Notes under the pieces: model-generated
The model's input: only the letters and a program-made list of their open reading frames with translations
Database searches by the model: none
What the model was told of the DNA's origin: nothing
Program-made: the position numbers and the translations under genes
Shown here: positions 41,131 through 52,887 of the stretch, one piece after another
How the letters are laid out: every line of letters starts with the position of its first letter
Position numbering within the stretch: position 1 is the stretch's first letter
Source: Eledone cirrhosa
Taxonomy: Eukaryota
DNA: 64,000 bases
Assembly (NCBI GenBank): GCA_964016885.1
Contig: OZ024740.1
Span: 225,432,001 to 225,496,000, forward strand
Direction: 5' to 3'

Positions 41131-42549
41131 CCATGGCAATTTTGTTATTTCTGCCCATCCGTAGAAAAACACAGAATGTAAACAATATAGGTTTAGATTA
41201 CGATAGAAATAAAATGTGTTTTTTTTTTGTGTATTTTGTTTCCGTTTTCCTAAATATTGTGTGTGTGTGTACAAAAGAGTCTGCGCATGTAAACAAATAA
41301 ATATGCTGCGTAAGTTAACGAGATAAATGTTTGTTTATGTTTTGTTTTTTTATTTCTGTTTCTGTTTTCCTATGAATTATGTGTGTGTGTATACAAAAAA
41401 GATCTGCACACGAGTATATAATTATATATATATAATTAAAAGGTGTATGTGGGTTAGAACGAAGTCAATGTTCAGAAATATTTTACAAATGTAGTAAGAT
41501 TGGCCGGTATAGTGTCTCATACGAAATAGTGTGGTTTCTTTTCACTTGTGTGTATATGCATGTGGTATGTATCTGTATATAGATTTGTGTGTATATTGTT
41601 GTTTATAGATTTTGTGAAGTTACTGCGATCCCTAAGTGATGTAGTGATTTGTTTTTTTTTTGTTTTTTCCCCGTCCATGTCCACACGTGGTTTGTTGGCG
41701 AAAATCAAATCAAATCAAATATACTTCGTTAAAATAATTCTATGTTGAAACTGGTACTAGTAGTCAGGGAACAGTCAAAGTAATTGTAATAATGAATATT
41801 GTAATCCATCTGACATGTGTTTAAAGGTGAAAATATTATATTTTGTTTGGTCAAGACGTGGTCAAACGTCCTTCCTTGTCGCCATTGTTTAACACATGCT
41901 AACTTGGAACATAAGCATTAAACAACGATGATGGTGATTATGATGTACATGTCTATAATTTTTTCTATATGCTGTAAAACTAGCTTGAAACACTTATACT
42001 AATAATTCTATCAACAAGCCATATAATATAGAACTTCTTATTCATGACTAACAATCAAAGAAATAATATATTTGCATATCTTGCTTTAAAATATAACAAC
42101 ACAGTAACCTTTTGAAAGTTAGTAGATTGAACCAATGTCATGATATATGATACCATAACTATATTTATTTTTTGTGTAATTTTTATTTTCATAGATGTAA
42201 TATCATATTCAATAAGAATAAAACAACAACAATAACAAATTAATCAACAAAATTAAAAAGAAAAGTAACGGAAATAAAACTGAAAGCATATGATAAATCT
42301 AGACACTAGGGCTATAAGAACAAAAACTGAAAACAAAAAAATAAAGAATACAGATATCACAAAAACTAGGGAAAAAAAGGCCAGAATACAATGGCACTGT
42401 GTGAAAACTGAAGAAACAAATCAGTATTAAGGAAGTTGGTAAATAGGCAGCAACAATTTATATATATACGCATATATATATATATATATATACACACACA
42501 CTTATATATGTATGTTTATATCTATCTATATATCTATCTATTTATATAT

Positions 42550-42622
<73 letters not shown>

Positions 42623-42671
42623 TATATATATGTATATATATATATATATAAACACACACATTATGTATATA

Positions 42672-42701
<30 letters not shown>

Positions 42702-42704
<3 letters not shown>

Positions 42705-42786
42705 AGAATAGTGAGGAAAGAAAATAAGTTTTGTTTGTGTCTTTATAAATATATATATACACACATATATATACATAATGTCTGTG

Positions 42787-42866
<80 letters not shown>

Positions 42867-42964
42867 GATAGATATATATACACACAGACATTATGTATAT
42901 ATGTGTGTATATATATATTTGTAAAGACAGAAACAAAACTTATTTTCTTTCCTCACTATTCTTT
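42702..42964. repeat. Inverted repeat around (TA)n(GA)n
   Basis: AAAGAATAGTGAGGAAAGAAAATAAG... versus ...CTTATTTTCTTTCCTCACTATTCTTT. Confidence 0.85.
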
Positions 42965-43390
42965 TTTATAGGGGAAAAAATTAATAATAGAAATAGAAAT
43001 AAAAAATATATTTAAAAAAAGAAAGAAATATATAAATAAATACTACTATGATGGAAAGAATATTTCCGGCATGCTAGCGCAAATTGCAGTAATTTCATTG
43101 ATAAATTTCAGTTATTTTTGCTGGCAAGCATTGTGATTAAAATATAATTATTTTACACACTTCCGTGTTGGTAGGAAAAGGATGTAAAAGAAGATGGAGG
43201 GTAAGTGACAGCTGTGAAATTAATAAAATTGAATCTAATATGGAATAATTAGGTCTATTCAAATTAACTACAGGCATACATATCCAAACATGCAGATATA
43301 TCCATATAGAGACACTTACAAGTATATGCACATATATACACACACATTGAATTAAACTTGTATAACTATGTGCATCAACGTGCATGTCTG

Positions 43391-43485
<95 letters not shown>

Positions 43486-43711
43486 ACACATACACACACA
43501 GGAATATATTTGTGTGTATTTCTGTGTGTGCATATATACATAGATATATGTATATAAGCAAAGTATGTGTTAATCTATGAATATAAAATTTTCATCACCA
43601 ACATCATCATCATTGTTGCATATATATATATATGTGTGTGTTTATATATTTAAATATAAATATATATATATGTGTGTATATATATATGTGTGTGTGTGTA
43701 TATATATATAT

Positions 43712-43793
43712 ATAGGAACCAGTAAGACCCCGACAGCTGAGCTCAAGCCGTAAACGGCTTGAGCTCAGCTGTCGGGGTCTTACTGGTTCCTAT
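43712..43793. repeat. Perfect 40-bp-arm palindrome (2-nt spacer)
   Basis: ATAGGAACCAGTAAGACCCCGACAGCTGAGCTCAAGCCGT-AA-exact reverse complement. Confidence 0.95.
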
Positions 43794-43896
43794 TACCCAC
43801 TCTACTACCTCAAGTATTGAGTACTTTGGTGCGTTATGGTCCACCTGGTTCCTTACCACATTTCCTTCGTTATATATATATATATATACATCTATA

Positions 43897-43959
<63 letters not shown>

Positions 43960-44369
43960 CTATTTATATATATATGTGTATATATATATATATATATTTA
44001 TATACACACATATATATATATAGAGATGTATATATATATATATATACATCTCTATATATATATACATATATGTATATATATATATATATATATAAACGGA
44101 AAAAGTGAAACAAAATTTCATTTCCCACTCTTAGTACGGCTGTTACTTAAATATAAGTATGTACACGTACAGACATATATGTATACAGACATACAGTAGT
44201 ATGTATATATATATATATATATACATACATGCACACATATATATATATGTACGTATGGATTCACCAAACATTTATTATAATACTCGGTGTGTTTGTAAAC
44301 AAACATCCCGTATTAAGCCGTAGTGTCTAGCAACCACCGTTGCTCGTTTGTTCAACACTGACAAAGGAA

Positions 44370-44410
44370 CGCTGTACTAGTTTCAAGCTTATTAGCTATC
44401 GTCAGCAACG
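44370..44410 (-). ncRNA. Minimal type I hammerhead motif
   Basis: CGTTG-CTGACGA-TAGCT aata AGCTT-GAAA-CTAG-TA-CAGCG on the minus strand. Confidence 0.85.
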
Positions 44411-44789
44411 TATACCTTCCTGCCAGATTGTTTAACTATATACTTACCTTATGCATATTAACGGCTGAGTAGCCCAATTTGCATATCGAGTGGGTTAATC
44501 GGCCGGGTGCACCGAAAACGATAAACGGAAAAAATGAAACGAAATTTCATTTCCTACTAATATATACATACTACTGTACGTCGGTATACATATGTGTATG
44601 TGCGTGTACATACTTATATTTAAGTAACAGCCGTACTAAGAGTGGGAAATGAAATTTCGTTTCATTTTTTCCGTTTATCGTTTTCGGTGCACCCGGCCGA
44701 TTAACTCACTCGATATGCAAATTGGGCTACTCAGCCGTTAATATGCATAAGGTAAGTATATACGTTCAACAATCTGGCAGGAAGGTATA

Positions 44790-44830
44790 CGTTGCTGACG
44801 ATAGCTAATAAGCTTGAAACTAGTACAGCG
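44790..44830 (+). ncRNA. Minimal type I hammerhead motif
   Basis: CGTTG-CTGACGA-TAGCT aata AGCTT-GAAA-CTAG-TA-CAGCG; palindromic stem III ACTAGT. Confidence 0.85.
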
Positions 44831-45328
44831 TTCCTTTGTCAGTGTTGAACAAACGAGCAACGATCGTTGCTGGACACTACGGCTTAATACGAGATTTTGT
44901 TTACAAACACACCGAGCATCATAATAAATGTTCGGTGAATCCATACGTACATATATATATATATATATGTGCATGTATGTATATATATATATACATACTA
45001 CTGTATGTCTGTATACATATATGTATGTACATGTACATACTTATATATATATATTTATATACATATATAGAATAGAATGAAACGAAATTTCATTTCTCAC
45101 TCTTAGTACTTAAATGTAAGTATGTATGTATACGTACATACATATATCTATACAGACGTACAGTAGTATGTATATATACACATGCACACATATATATGAA
45201 CGTATCGGTTTACCGAACATTTATTATAATGCTCGGTTTGTTTGTTTTTAAACAAACAAACAGCCCGAATTACGCCGTACAGTGTTTAGGCAATCACGTC
45301 ACCTTTTTGTTCAACACTGACACAGGAA

Positions 45329-45369
45329 CGATGTACTAGTTTCAAGCTTATTAGCTATCGTCAGCATTG
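45329..45369 (-). ncRNA. Minimal type I hammerhead motif (diverged copy)
   Basis: Identical core; stem I is CAATG/CATCG instead of CGTTG/CAGCG. Confidence 0.8.
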
Positions 45370-45616
45370 TATACCTTCCTGCCAGATGTTTGAACGTCTG
45401 AAAGTATATACTTTCCTTATGCATATTAACGGTTGAGCAGCCTAATTTGCATACGGCGTAAATTGGGCTGTTTGTTTATTTACAAACAAACAAACCGAGC
45501 ATTATAATAAATGTTCGGTAAACCGATACGTGCATATATATATGTGTGCATGTGTGTATATATATATGTACTACTGTACGTCTGTATACATATATGTATG
45601 TATGTATACATACATA

Positions 45617-45682
<66 letters not shown>

Positions 45683-45699
45683 TGTTTATATATATTTAT

Positions 45700-45773
<74 letters not shown>

Positions 45774-45899
45774 AGTGAGGTTTTTAAATGAAAAATAACC
45801 GAGGTGTCCTACACGAGTGAAAGTATAAAGAAAAAAAGATGAAATCGAAAATGCAACTGGAGTCTTATTTTTTTTAAAATATATATATTTATTTGGTTC

Positions 45900-45935
45900 C
45901 TTTACCGGTTTCGCAGTTCTTCTGCTTTTCAAAAG
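45900..45935 (-). ncRNA. Minimal hammerhead motif, U3-A8 core
   Basis: Reverse complement of 46010-46045. Confidence 0.72.
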
Positions 45936-46009
45936 TAGAGTTGAGATGGAAGGGTCTGTGGTTTTTCTCATATGTGAGAAAAACCACAGACCCTTCCATC
46001 TCAACTCTA

Positions 46010-46045
46010 CTTTTGAAAAGCAGAAGAACTGCGAAACCGGTAAAG
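46010..46045 (+). ncRNA. Minimal hammerhead motif, U3-A8 core
   Basis: CTT-TTGAAAA-GCAG aagaa CTGC-GAAA-CCGG-TA-AAG. Confidence 0.72.
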
Positions 46046-46167
46046 GAACCAAATAAATATATATATTTAAAAAAAAATAAGACTCCAGTTGCATTTTCGA
46101 TTTCATCTTTTTATATATATGTATAACAGATCAGAGCAAACAGCACGGACACTCTATCTCAAAATTA

Positions 46168-46204
46168 TTTTTGAAAAGCATTTAGAAATGCGCAACCGGT
46201 AAAA
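46168..46204 (+). ncRNA. Minimal hammerhead motif, U3-A8 core, GAAA changed to GCAA
   Basis: TTT-TTGAAAA-GCATT taga AATGC-GCAA-CCGG-TA-AAA; truncated inverted copy at 46581-46612. Confidence 0.6.
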
Positions 46205-46362
46205 ACTTAAAAAACTTAAAACCACAACTGAATACTAACCCATACAATCACTAATACTCTTTTATTCCTAATTAAACCAATTTTCAACTGTGAACAATTT
46301 GTCAGCATTTTCTATTCCGTTTACAAATATATAATAACTTGTGTGTTACACCTCTATTCTTT

Positions 46363-46424
<62 letters not shown>

Positions 46425-46612
46425 AAAGAATAGAGGTGTAACACACAAGTTATTATATATTTGTAAACGGAATAGAAAATGCTGACAAATTGTTCACAGT
46501 TGAAAAATGGTTTAATTAGGAATAAAAGAGTATTAGTGATTGTATGGGTTAGTATTCAGTTGTGGTTTTTAGTTTTTAAGTTTTTACCGGTTGCGCATTT
46601 CTAAATGCTTTT
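46174..46612. repeat. Near-perfect ~190-bp-arm inverted repeat centred on (TA)n
   Basis: 46174-46366 is the reverse complement of 46421-46612. Confidence 0.95.
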
Positions 46613-46646
46613 ATACACACACACACATATATATTATATATTATAT

Positions 46647-46994
46647 GGATGCACATGGCTTATGGTTAGAGCATTGGCCTTGCAATCGAAAGGTTGTGAG
46701 ATCAATTCTCAGACCGGGTGATGTGTTGTTTCCTTGAGCAAGACACTTTATTTCACATTGCTCCAGTTTCCTCAGCTGTAGAAATGAGATGATAGGGACT
46801 GGGGTCCATATCATTCCACTGCAAAGTGGTCGTGGAGGTGCCATGGCAAAAAAGCACCCACCACTCACTGTAAATGAGGTTGGTGGTAGGAAGGACATCC
46901 AGCTGTAGAAATCAAGCCAGAATCAGTCCCCGTCCCACCCTTGCAAGCAGGGAAAAGCGGACGTAAAATGAAATGATGATGATGATGATGATGA
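46647..46994 (+). mobile_element. SINE family B, full length
   Basis: Highly similar to 27391-27741. Confidence 0.88.
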
Positions 46995-47239
46995 TTAATG
47001 ATTTCATTGAGGAACAATAGTCAAACAATAGACCAATTACCTACTGCTGCTGCAGCAGCACATAATTTGTCCATTGGGGATTATAGCAGCAGTACTAATA
47101 CAAGTAATTATAGCAACAGCAGCATCAACAATAGTAGCAACAGCAACAACAACAACATCTAAAACTATACTAGCAGCACCAGCAACAACAGCAGCATCTA
47201 CAACAACAGCAACTACAACAATAAGAGCAAGAGCAGCAC

Positions 47240-47332
47240 TTACTACTACTACTACTACTACTAATTATATTACTACTACTACTACTGCTACTACTACTCC
47301 TATTTCTGCTTCTACTACTGCTGCTGTTACAA

Positions 47333-47395
<63 letters not shown>

Positions 47396-47405
47396 GATGC
47401 CGCTC

Positions 47406-47464
<59 letters not shown>

Positions 47465-47603
47465 GCTACTACCACTTCTACTCCTACCAACACTCCTACA
47501 GCTGCTACTACTACCACTAGTACTACTACTACCACTACTACTACTACTATTGCTACTACTACTTCTATTACTACTATTTCTGCTTCTACTACTGCTGCTG
47601 TTA

Positions 47604-47635
<32 letters not shown>

Positions 47636-47636
47636 C

Positions 47637-47676
<40 letters not shown>

Positions 47677-47825
47677 CACTTCTACTCCTACCAACACTCC
47701 TACAGCTGCTACCACAACCACTACTACTACCACTACTACTACTACTACTGCTACTACTACTTCTATTACTACTATTTCTGCTTCTACTACTGCTGCTGTT
47801 ACTACTACTACTACTGCTGCTGCTG

Positions 47826-47886
<61 letters not shown>

Positions 47887-47924
47887 CACTTCTACTCCTA
47901 CCAACACTCCTACAGCTGCTACCA

Positions 47925-47980
<56 letters not shown>

Positions 47981-48065
47981 GCTACTACTACTATTACTAC
48001 TATTTCTGCTTCTACTACTGCTGCTGTTACTACTACTACTACTACTACTACTACTGCTGCTGCTC

Positions 48066-48099
<34 letters not shown>

Positions 48100-48166
48100 T
48101 GCTACTACTACTACTACTACCACTTCTACTCCTACCAACACTCCTACAGCTGCTACCACAACCACA

Positions 48167-48201
<35 letters not shown>

Positions 48202-48461
48202 GACTACTAGTAGTAGTAGTAGTAGTACCACCACCACTCCTGCTACTACTTCTTTTTTCTCTTCCGCGACTGCTGTAGCAGCATCAGCAACAATAGCAAC
48301 AGCTACAACAACGGCATCATCTGAAGCAGCCATAACAGCAATAACAACAACAACAACACCAACAATAGTAGTAATAATAACTTTGGCCGCAGTTGTGGTA
48401 GTTACTCAAACAGAAACATTGGAATGTGCTGCGCTTCTCCTACTGTTATTGCTGCTGCTAC

Positions 48462-48495
<34 letters not shown>

Positions 48496-48700
48496 GCTGT
48501 TATTGCTGCTGTTATTGCTGCTGCTGCTGCTGTTATTGTTGATGTTACTATTGTTGCTGCTGCCTCTGCTGCTGGTCCTGCTACTGCTGCTGCTGCTGCT
48601 GCTGTTATTGTTGATGTTACTGTTGTTGCTGCTGCCTCTGCTGCATCTGCTGCTATTATTACTGCTGCTAAGCTTCTCCTACTGTTATTGCTGCTGCTAC

Positions 48701-48732
<32 letters not shown>

Positions 48733-49230
48733 TTGCTGTTGCTGCTGTTATTGCTGATGTTACTGTTGTTGCTGCTGCCTCTGCTGCCTCTGCTGCTATT
48801 ATTACTGCTGCTAAGCTTCTCCTACTGTTATTGCTGCTGCTACTGCTGCTGCTACTGCTGCTACTGCTGCTGCTACTGCTGCTGCTACTGCTGCTGCTAC
48901 TGCTGCTGCTACTGCTGCTGCTACTGCTGCTGCTACTGCTGCTGCTACTGCTGCTGCTACTGCTGCTGCTACTGCTGCTGCTACTGCTGCTGCTGTTATT
49001 GCTGATGTTATTGTTGTTGCTGCTGCCTCTGCTGCTATTATTACTGCTACTGCTGCCTCTGTTACTGCTGCTGCTGTTATTGCTGCTGCTACTGTTGCTG
49101 TTTTGTTGTAGCAGTAATAGCAACAACAAAAGAAGTTAAAAAATGAAATCTGTTGCATTGGAATCATGTATCAGCACCCCCCCCCCCCAAAGTTGCACCA
49201 GTTTCAGTAGTAGTAGTAGTAGTGGTAGTG

Positions 49231-49272
<42 letters not shown>

Positions 49273-49299
49273 ATAGTAGTAGTAGTAGTAGTAGTAGTG

Positions 49300-49330
<31 letters not shown>
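47240..49330. repeat. Composite (CTA)n/(CTG)n/(TAG)n satellite with higher-order units
   Basis: CCACTTCTACTCCTACCAACACTCCTACAGCTGCTAC recurs at ~47472, 47676, 47887, 48120; CTTCTCCTACTGTTATTG at ~48434, 48673, 48816. Confidence 0.9.
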
Positions 49331-49431
49331 GGGTGGTTGTGATTGCAGTAGCAGTTGTTATACTTGTAGCTGGCAAAGTGTTAGCAGCAGTAACTGTTGC
49401 AACTTTCACAATAATAACTGCAGTGGTGTTT

Positions 49432-50380
49432 GCAACAGCAGTAGGAAATGTAGTTGCAGTAGTATTAGCAACAGCAGTAGGAAATGTAGTTGCAGTAGTA
49501 TTAGCAACAGCAGTAGGAAATGTAGTTGCAGTAGTATTAGCAACAGCAGTATAAAATTTAGTAGTAGCAGTAAAAGCAATTGGAAATTTAGTAGTAGCAG
49601 TATTAGCAACAGCAGTAGGAAATGTGCTAGTAGTAGTAGTATTAGTTGTACGATCAGCAACAGCAGTAGCAAGATCATTACCAGTTTTATCAGCAACACC
49701 AGTAGGAAGATTAGCAGCAGTAGTATTAATTGCAGCAGTTGTATGTGCAATGGCAGTAGGAAGATTAGCAGCAGTAGTGAAAAGATTAGCAGCAGTAGTA
49801 TTAGTTGCAGCAGTTGTATGTGCAATGGCAGTAGGAAGATTAGCAGCAGTAGTGAAAAGATTAGCAGCAGTAGTATTAGTTGCAGCAGTTGTATGTGCAA
49901 TGGCAGTAGGAAGATTAGCAGCAGTAGTAAAAAGATTAGCAGCAGTAGTATTAGTTGCAGCAGTTGTATGTGCAATGGCAGTAGGAAGATTAGCAGCAGT
50001 AGTAAAAAGATTAGCAGCAGTAGTATTAGTTGCAGCAGTTGTATGTGCAATGGCAGTAGGAAGATTAGCAGCAGTAGTAAAAAGATTAGCAGCAGTAGTA
50101 TTAGTTGCAGCAGTTGTATGTGCAATGGCAGTAGGAAGATTAGCAGCAGTAGTAAAAAGATTAGCAGCAGTAGTATTAGTTGCAGCAGTTGTATGTGCAA
50201 TGGCAGTAGGAAGATTAGCAGCAGTAGTAAAAAGATTAGCAGCAGTAGTATTAGTTGCAGCAGTTGTATGTGCAATGGCAGTAGGAAGATTAGCAGCAGT
50301 AGTAAAAAGATTAGCAGCAGTAGTATTAGTTGCAGCAGTTGTATGTGCAATGGCAATAGGAAGATTAGGAAGATTAGTAG
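49432..50380. repeat. Minisatellites: about three 36-bp units, then about nine near-identical 75-bp units
   Basis: 25-codon periodicity in the ORF track; sequence rows 300 bp apart are identical. Confidence 0.95.
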
Positions 50381-51017
50381 TAAGTAAACTTGGATAATAG
50401 ACATAATCTTTCACCTTGTTTAACACCACAACCTGGCCTTTGAGTGACGTTAAATGAGTTGGCCCTGTTGCACACATTTGAACCATGCCTCTCGTCTGAG
50501 TATATTTTTCTTAAGGTTAGATTAACCATTAAAAAAAAACACACATGCTTAGGGGATCAAGGGAAAAGGGGCATTATTTGATTCAATTTGAATATATTGC
50601 ATTTCTTACAAAATTTCTTTTGCAGATATTTTATAGGGAGGGGAAGGGGGCACTGTAATTTTTTAGGTGTTTAGTACCTCAAAAAGATATAATCTAGCTG
50701 TACCCTTCCTCTCCCACCAGTCTCAGAGGCGATGGAAAGAGTTATGAGCACTCCCCTTTTCTCTCTGATTAAACAGTAAAAGAAAAACAAATAGTGTTAG
50801 AAACAGCATTAAGAACAGTTACACCTGCAGCAGTATCAGCAACATTGGTGGTGTGGTGGTGGTGGTGGTGATAATAGTAGTAGTAATATGATCATATGAC
50901 AATATTAGTAACAATAACAGCAACAAAAGTCGCAATGATAAATTCTTTTATTGGTTATGAGGGCCCCCAAAAAGAAGCAATAATAATTATTATTATTATT
51001 ACCATTATTATTATCAT

Positions 51018-51150
51018 TATTACGTCCCTTTACGATCTGAGTTCAAATCCCGCCGAGGTTGACTTTGCCTTTCAACCTTACGGGGTCGATAAAATAAAGT
51101 ACCAGTAATGCACTGGGTAATTGCTGGCCTTGTGCCTAAAGTAGAAACAA
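51018..51150 (+). mobile_element. 5'-truncated SINE family A with ATTATTACCATTATT flanking duplication
   Basis: B box, core and tail present; duplication at ~50995 and ~51150; older copies follow at 51170-51520. Confidence 0.8.
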
Positions 51151-52173
51151 TTATTACCATTATTTCTAACATTCGCACAAGGCCACCAGTTTGGGGGAAG
51201 AGTAAAGTTGACCCCAGAAGGATGAAAAGCTAAGTTGACCTTGGTGGAATTTGAACTATAAGGTCCATATTGAAATACTGCAACATATTTCATCAATATA
51301 CTAATGACTCTGCCAGTCTTCCACCCTAATAAAATGATTTGTAGAGAGAGAAATTTGTGTATATCAACCCTAGTACATGACTGGTAATTTTTAGAAAGAA
51401 AGCACCTGGAAGGATAATCGGCAAAGCTGACTCCAGCAGGCTTTGAGCTGAGAACATAAAGACTCGGAACAAATTCTGCAATGCACTTTGTCTGATACTT
51501 GACCAATACTGCTAATCCACTACCCTTACTGCCTAATAATATTTTTTATTGCATGGTTTCTCTAGCAATCTCTTGCTAGGTAAAGCGAGTTAATTTATCA
51601 GTCCCTGATATCAAAAGTTCAATATATCACGTAGGATTCTGACAGTGCTAGAGATGGTAGAAATTTGGGCCCTGCTTATGAAGCCAAGGTTCCCATGGGT
51701 TATTTGAAAAATTTAAGGCATTTAAAGACCATGCCTAGTGCCCAATGACGATTGGTGTGGTTTCAGTCTATACATGCTACTCAGTTCTAATAGTGCCTGC
51801 AAGTTCTGCATACTTATTGATCTTTTCCATTTAGTTTTATTTTTCTGTATTCTGAATTCAAAGTTTGCCTGATCTTGCCTTTAATGTTTTTGATGCCAAC
51901 CCACCTGAGACTGTTTTGGTTTTATGACACAACAATTCCTGCTTTGAAGTGTTCATATTTAAATTGAAGCTCCCAACATCATTTTATCTGAAAAAAAACT
52001 TTTGTTAACCCATTCATGACTATATTTCTAATGAAATACACTTTATTTCAATTAGTTAATGAAGAATTTTGAGGGATTTACTAAAATTAATCATTTTGTT
52101 ACTAAGATAGTAACTTTATGTAAGATTCGTATATGAAATTATGTTGGAAGATTTTAATTTATATTGGAAACAT

Positions 52174-52390
52174 TTAACCCATTAGCATTTAAACTGGCCA
52201 TATCCGGCCAGAATTCTCTCATCTCTTTCTGTTCAACCAGGTTGCTCATATTGATGTTAAGGTATTGTTCTCAAAATAAATAATATCAAAATCTCATAGA
52301 TTCGATGTTATGTGAGATAATTATGTGAAGTAAAGGCTCTACCATGAAAATATAAGTATATATAGAGTAATGCAAATGCTAAAGGGTTAA
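52174..52390. mobile_element. piggyBac-type MITE (second copy)
   Basis: TTAA-CCCATTAGCATTT...AAATGCTAAAGGG-TTAA; homologous to 30508-30734. Confidence 0.82.
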
Positions 52391-52887
52391 ATTGGATGGC
52401 TTTATTTCATAGAATCAGAGCCGATTAATCAGGTTGGTAACTAAAGGATTAAGTTAAGCTCCAAATATCATCTTAAAATGTAAACAATTTAGTATTTAAA
52501 AGAAAAAACACACAAAATGCTTTGTTATTTTAAACAGTAAAGGAAACAAATAGTCAATGTATTTTATTAGAAATGCAGTAAAAACAAAAATGGGTTAATT
52601 CATTTGGTTAAAAGGCATCAATTAAATTTTTTTTTTTTTCTGTAAAATTGTGTATTGTTCTAATCCTAATAGATCATTATATTCAAACCAAAAATGAAGC
52701 CCTTTCAAGGATTCCCAACCTGCTGGATATAACTACAAATTCTCCCTCAAACCATACATTATTATCTTTAAAACTGACATATTAGTTTATATAGTCCATG
52801 AAACATTAATCCTGAAGTGATGAGGTAGCCATAGTCGTAATGTCTTTCATCATACGTCTGTTCTGTCAGGGTTTCATTTGGGTTACA

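Larger units (their letters stand above)
36821..41885 (-). mobile_element. Full-length CR1-group LINE (PHD-like ORF1; APE-RT ORF2), decayed, 6-bp TSD
   Basis: TGTTTA at 36815-36820 and 41886-41891; splits an RTE/SINE tail whose halves rejoin; (ATT) tail. Confidence 0.88.
44095..45620. mobile_element. Tandem/inverted array of ~430-bp hammerhead-bearing units (retrozyme-like)
   Basis: Unit start AAACGGAAAAA.TGAAAC at 44095 and ~44523; inverted copy ~44560-45050; diverged copy ~45075-45460; inverted partial copy to 45620; no ORF. Confidence 0.8.
45833..46112. repeat. Near-perfect ~140-bp-arm palindrome
   Basis: Centre CTCATATGTGAG at ~45972; each arm holds a hammerhead motif. Confidence 0.95.

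Noticed and set aside
47170-49167. Poly-Val/Leu/Ala/Ser ORFs
   Set aside because: Trinucleotide repeat artefacts with no domain or splice evidence
49700-50380. Regular repeats superficially like a CRISPR array
   Set aside because: Units are near-identical with no unique spacers, no cas genes, and the context is eukaryotic
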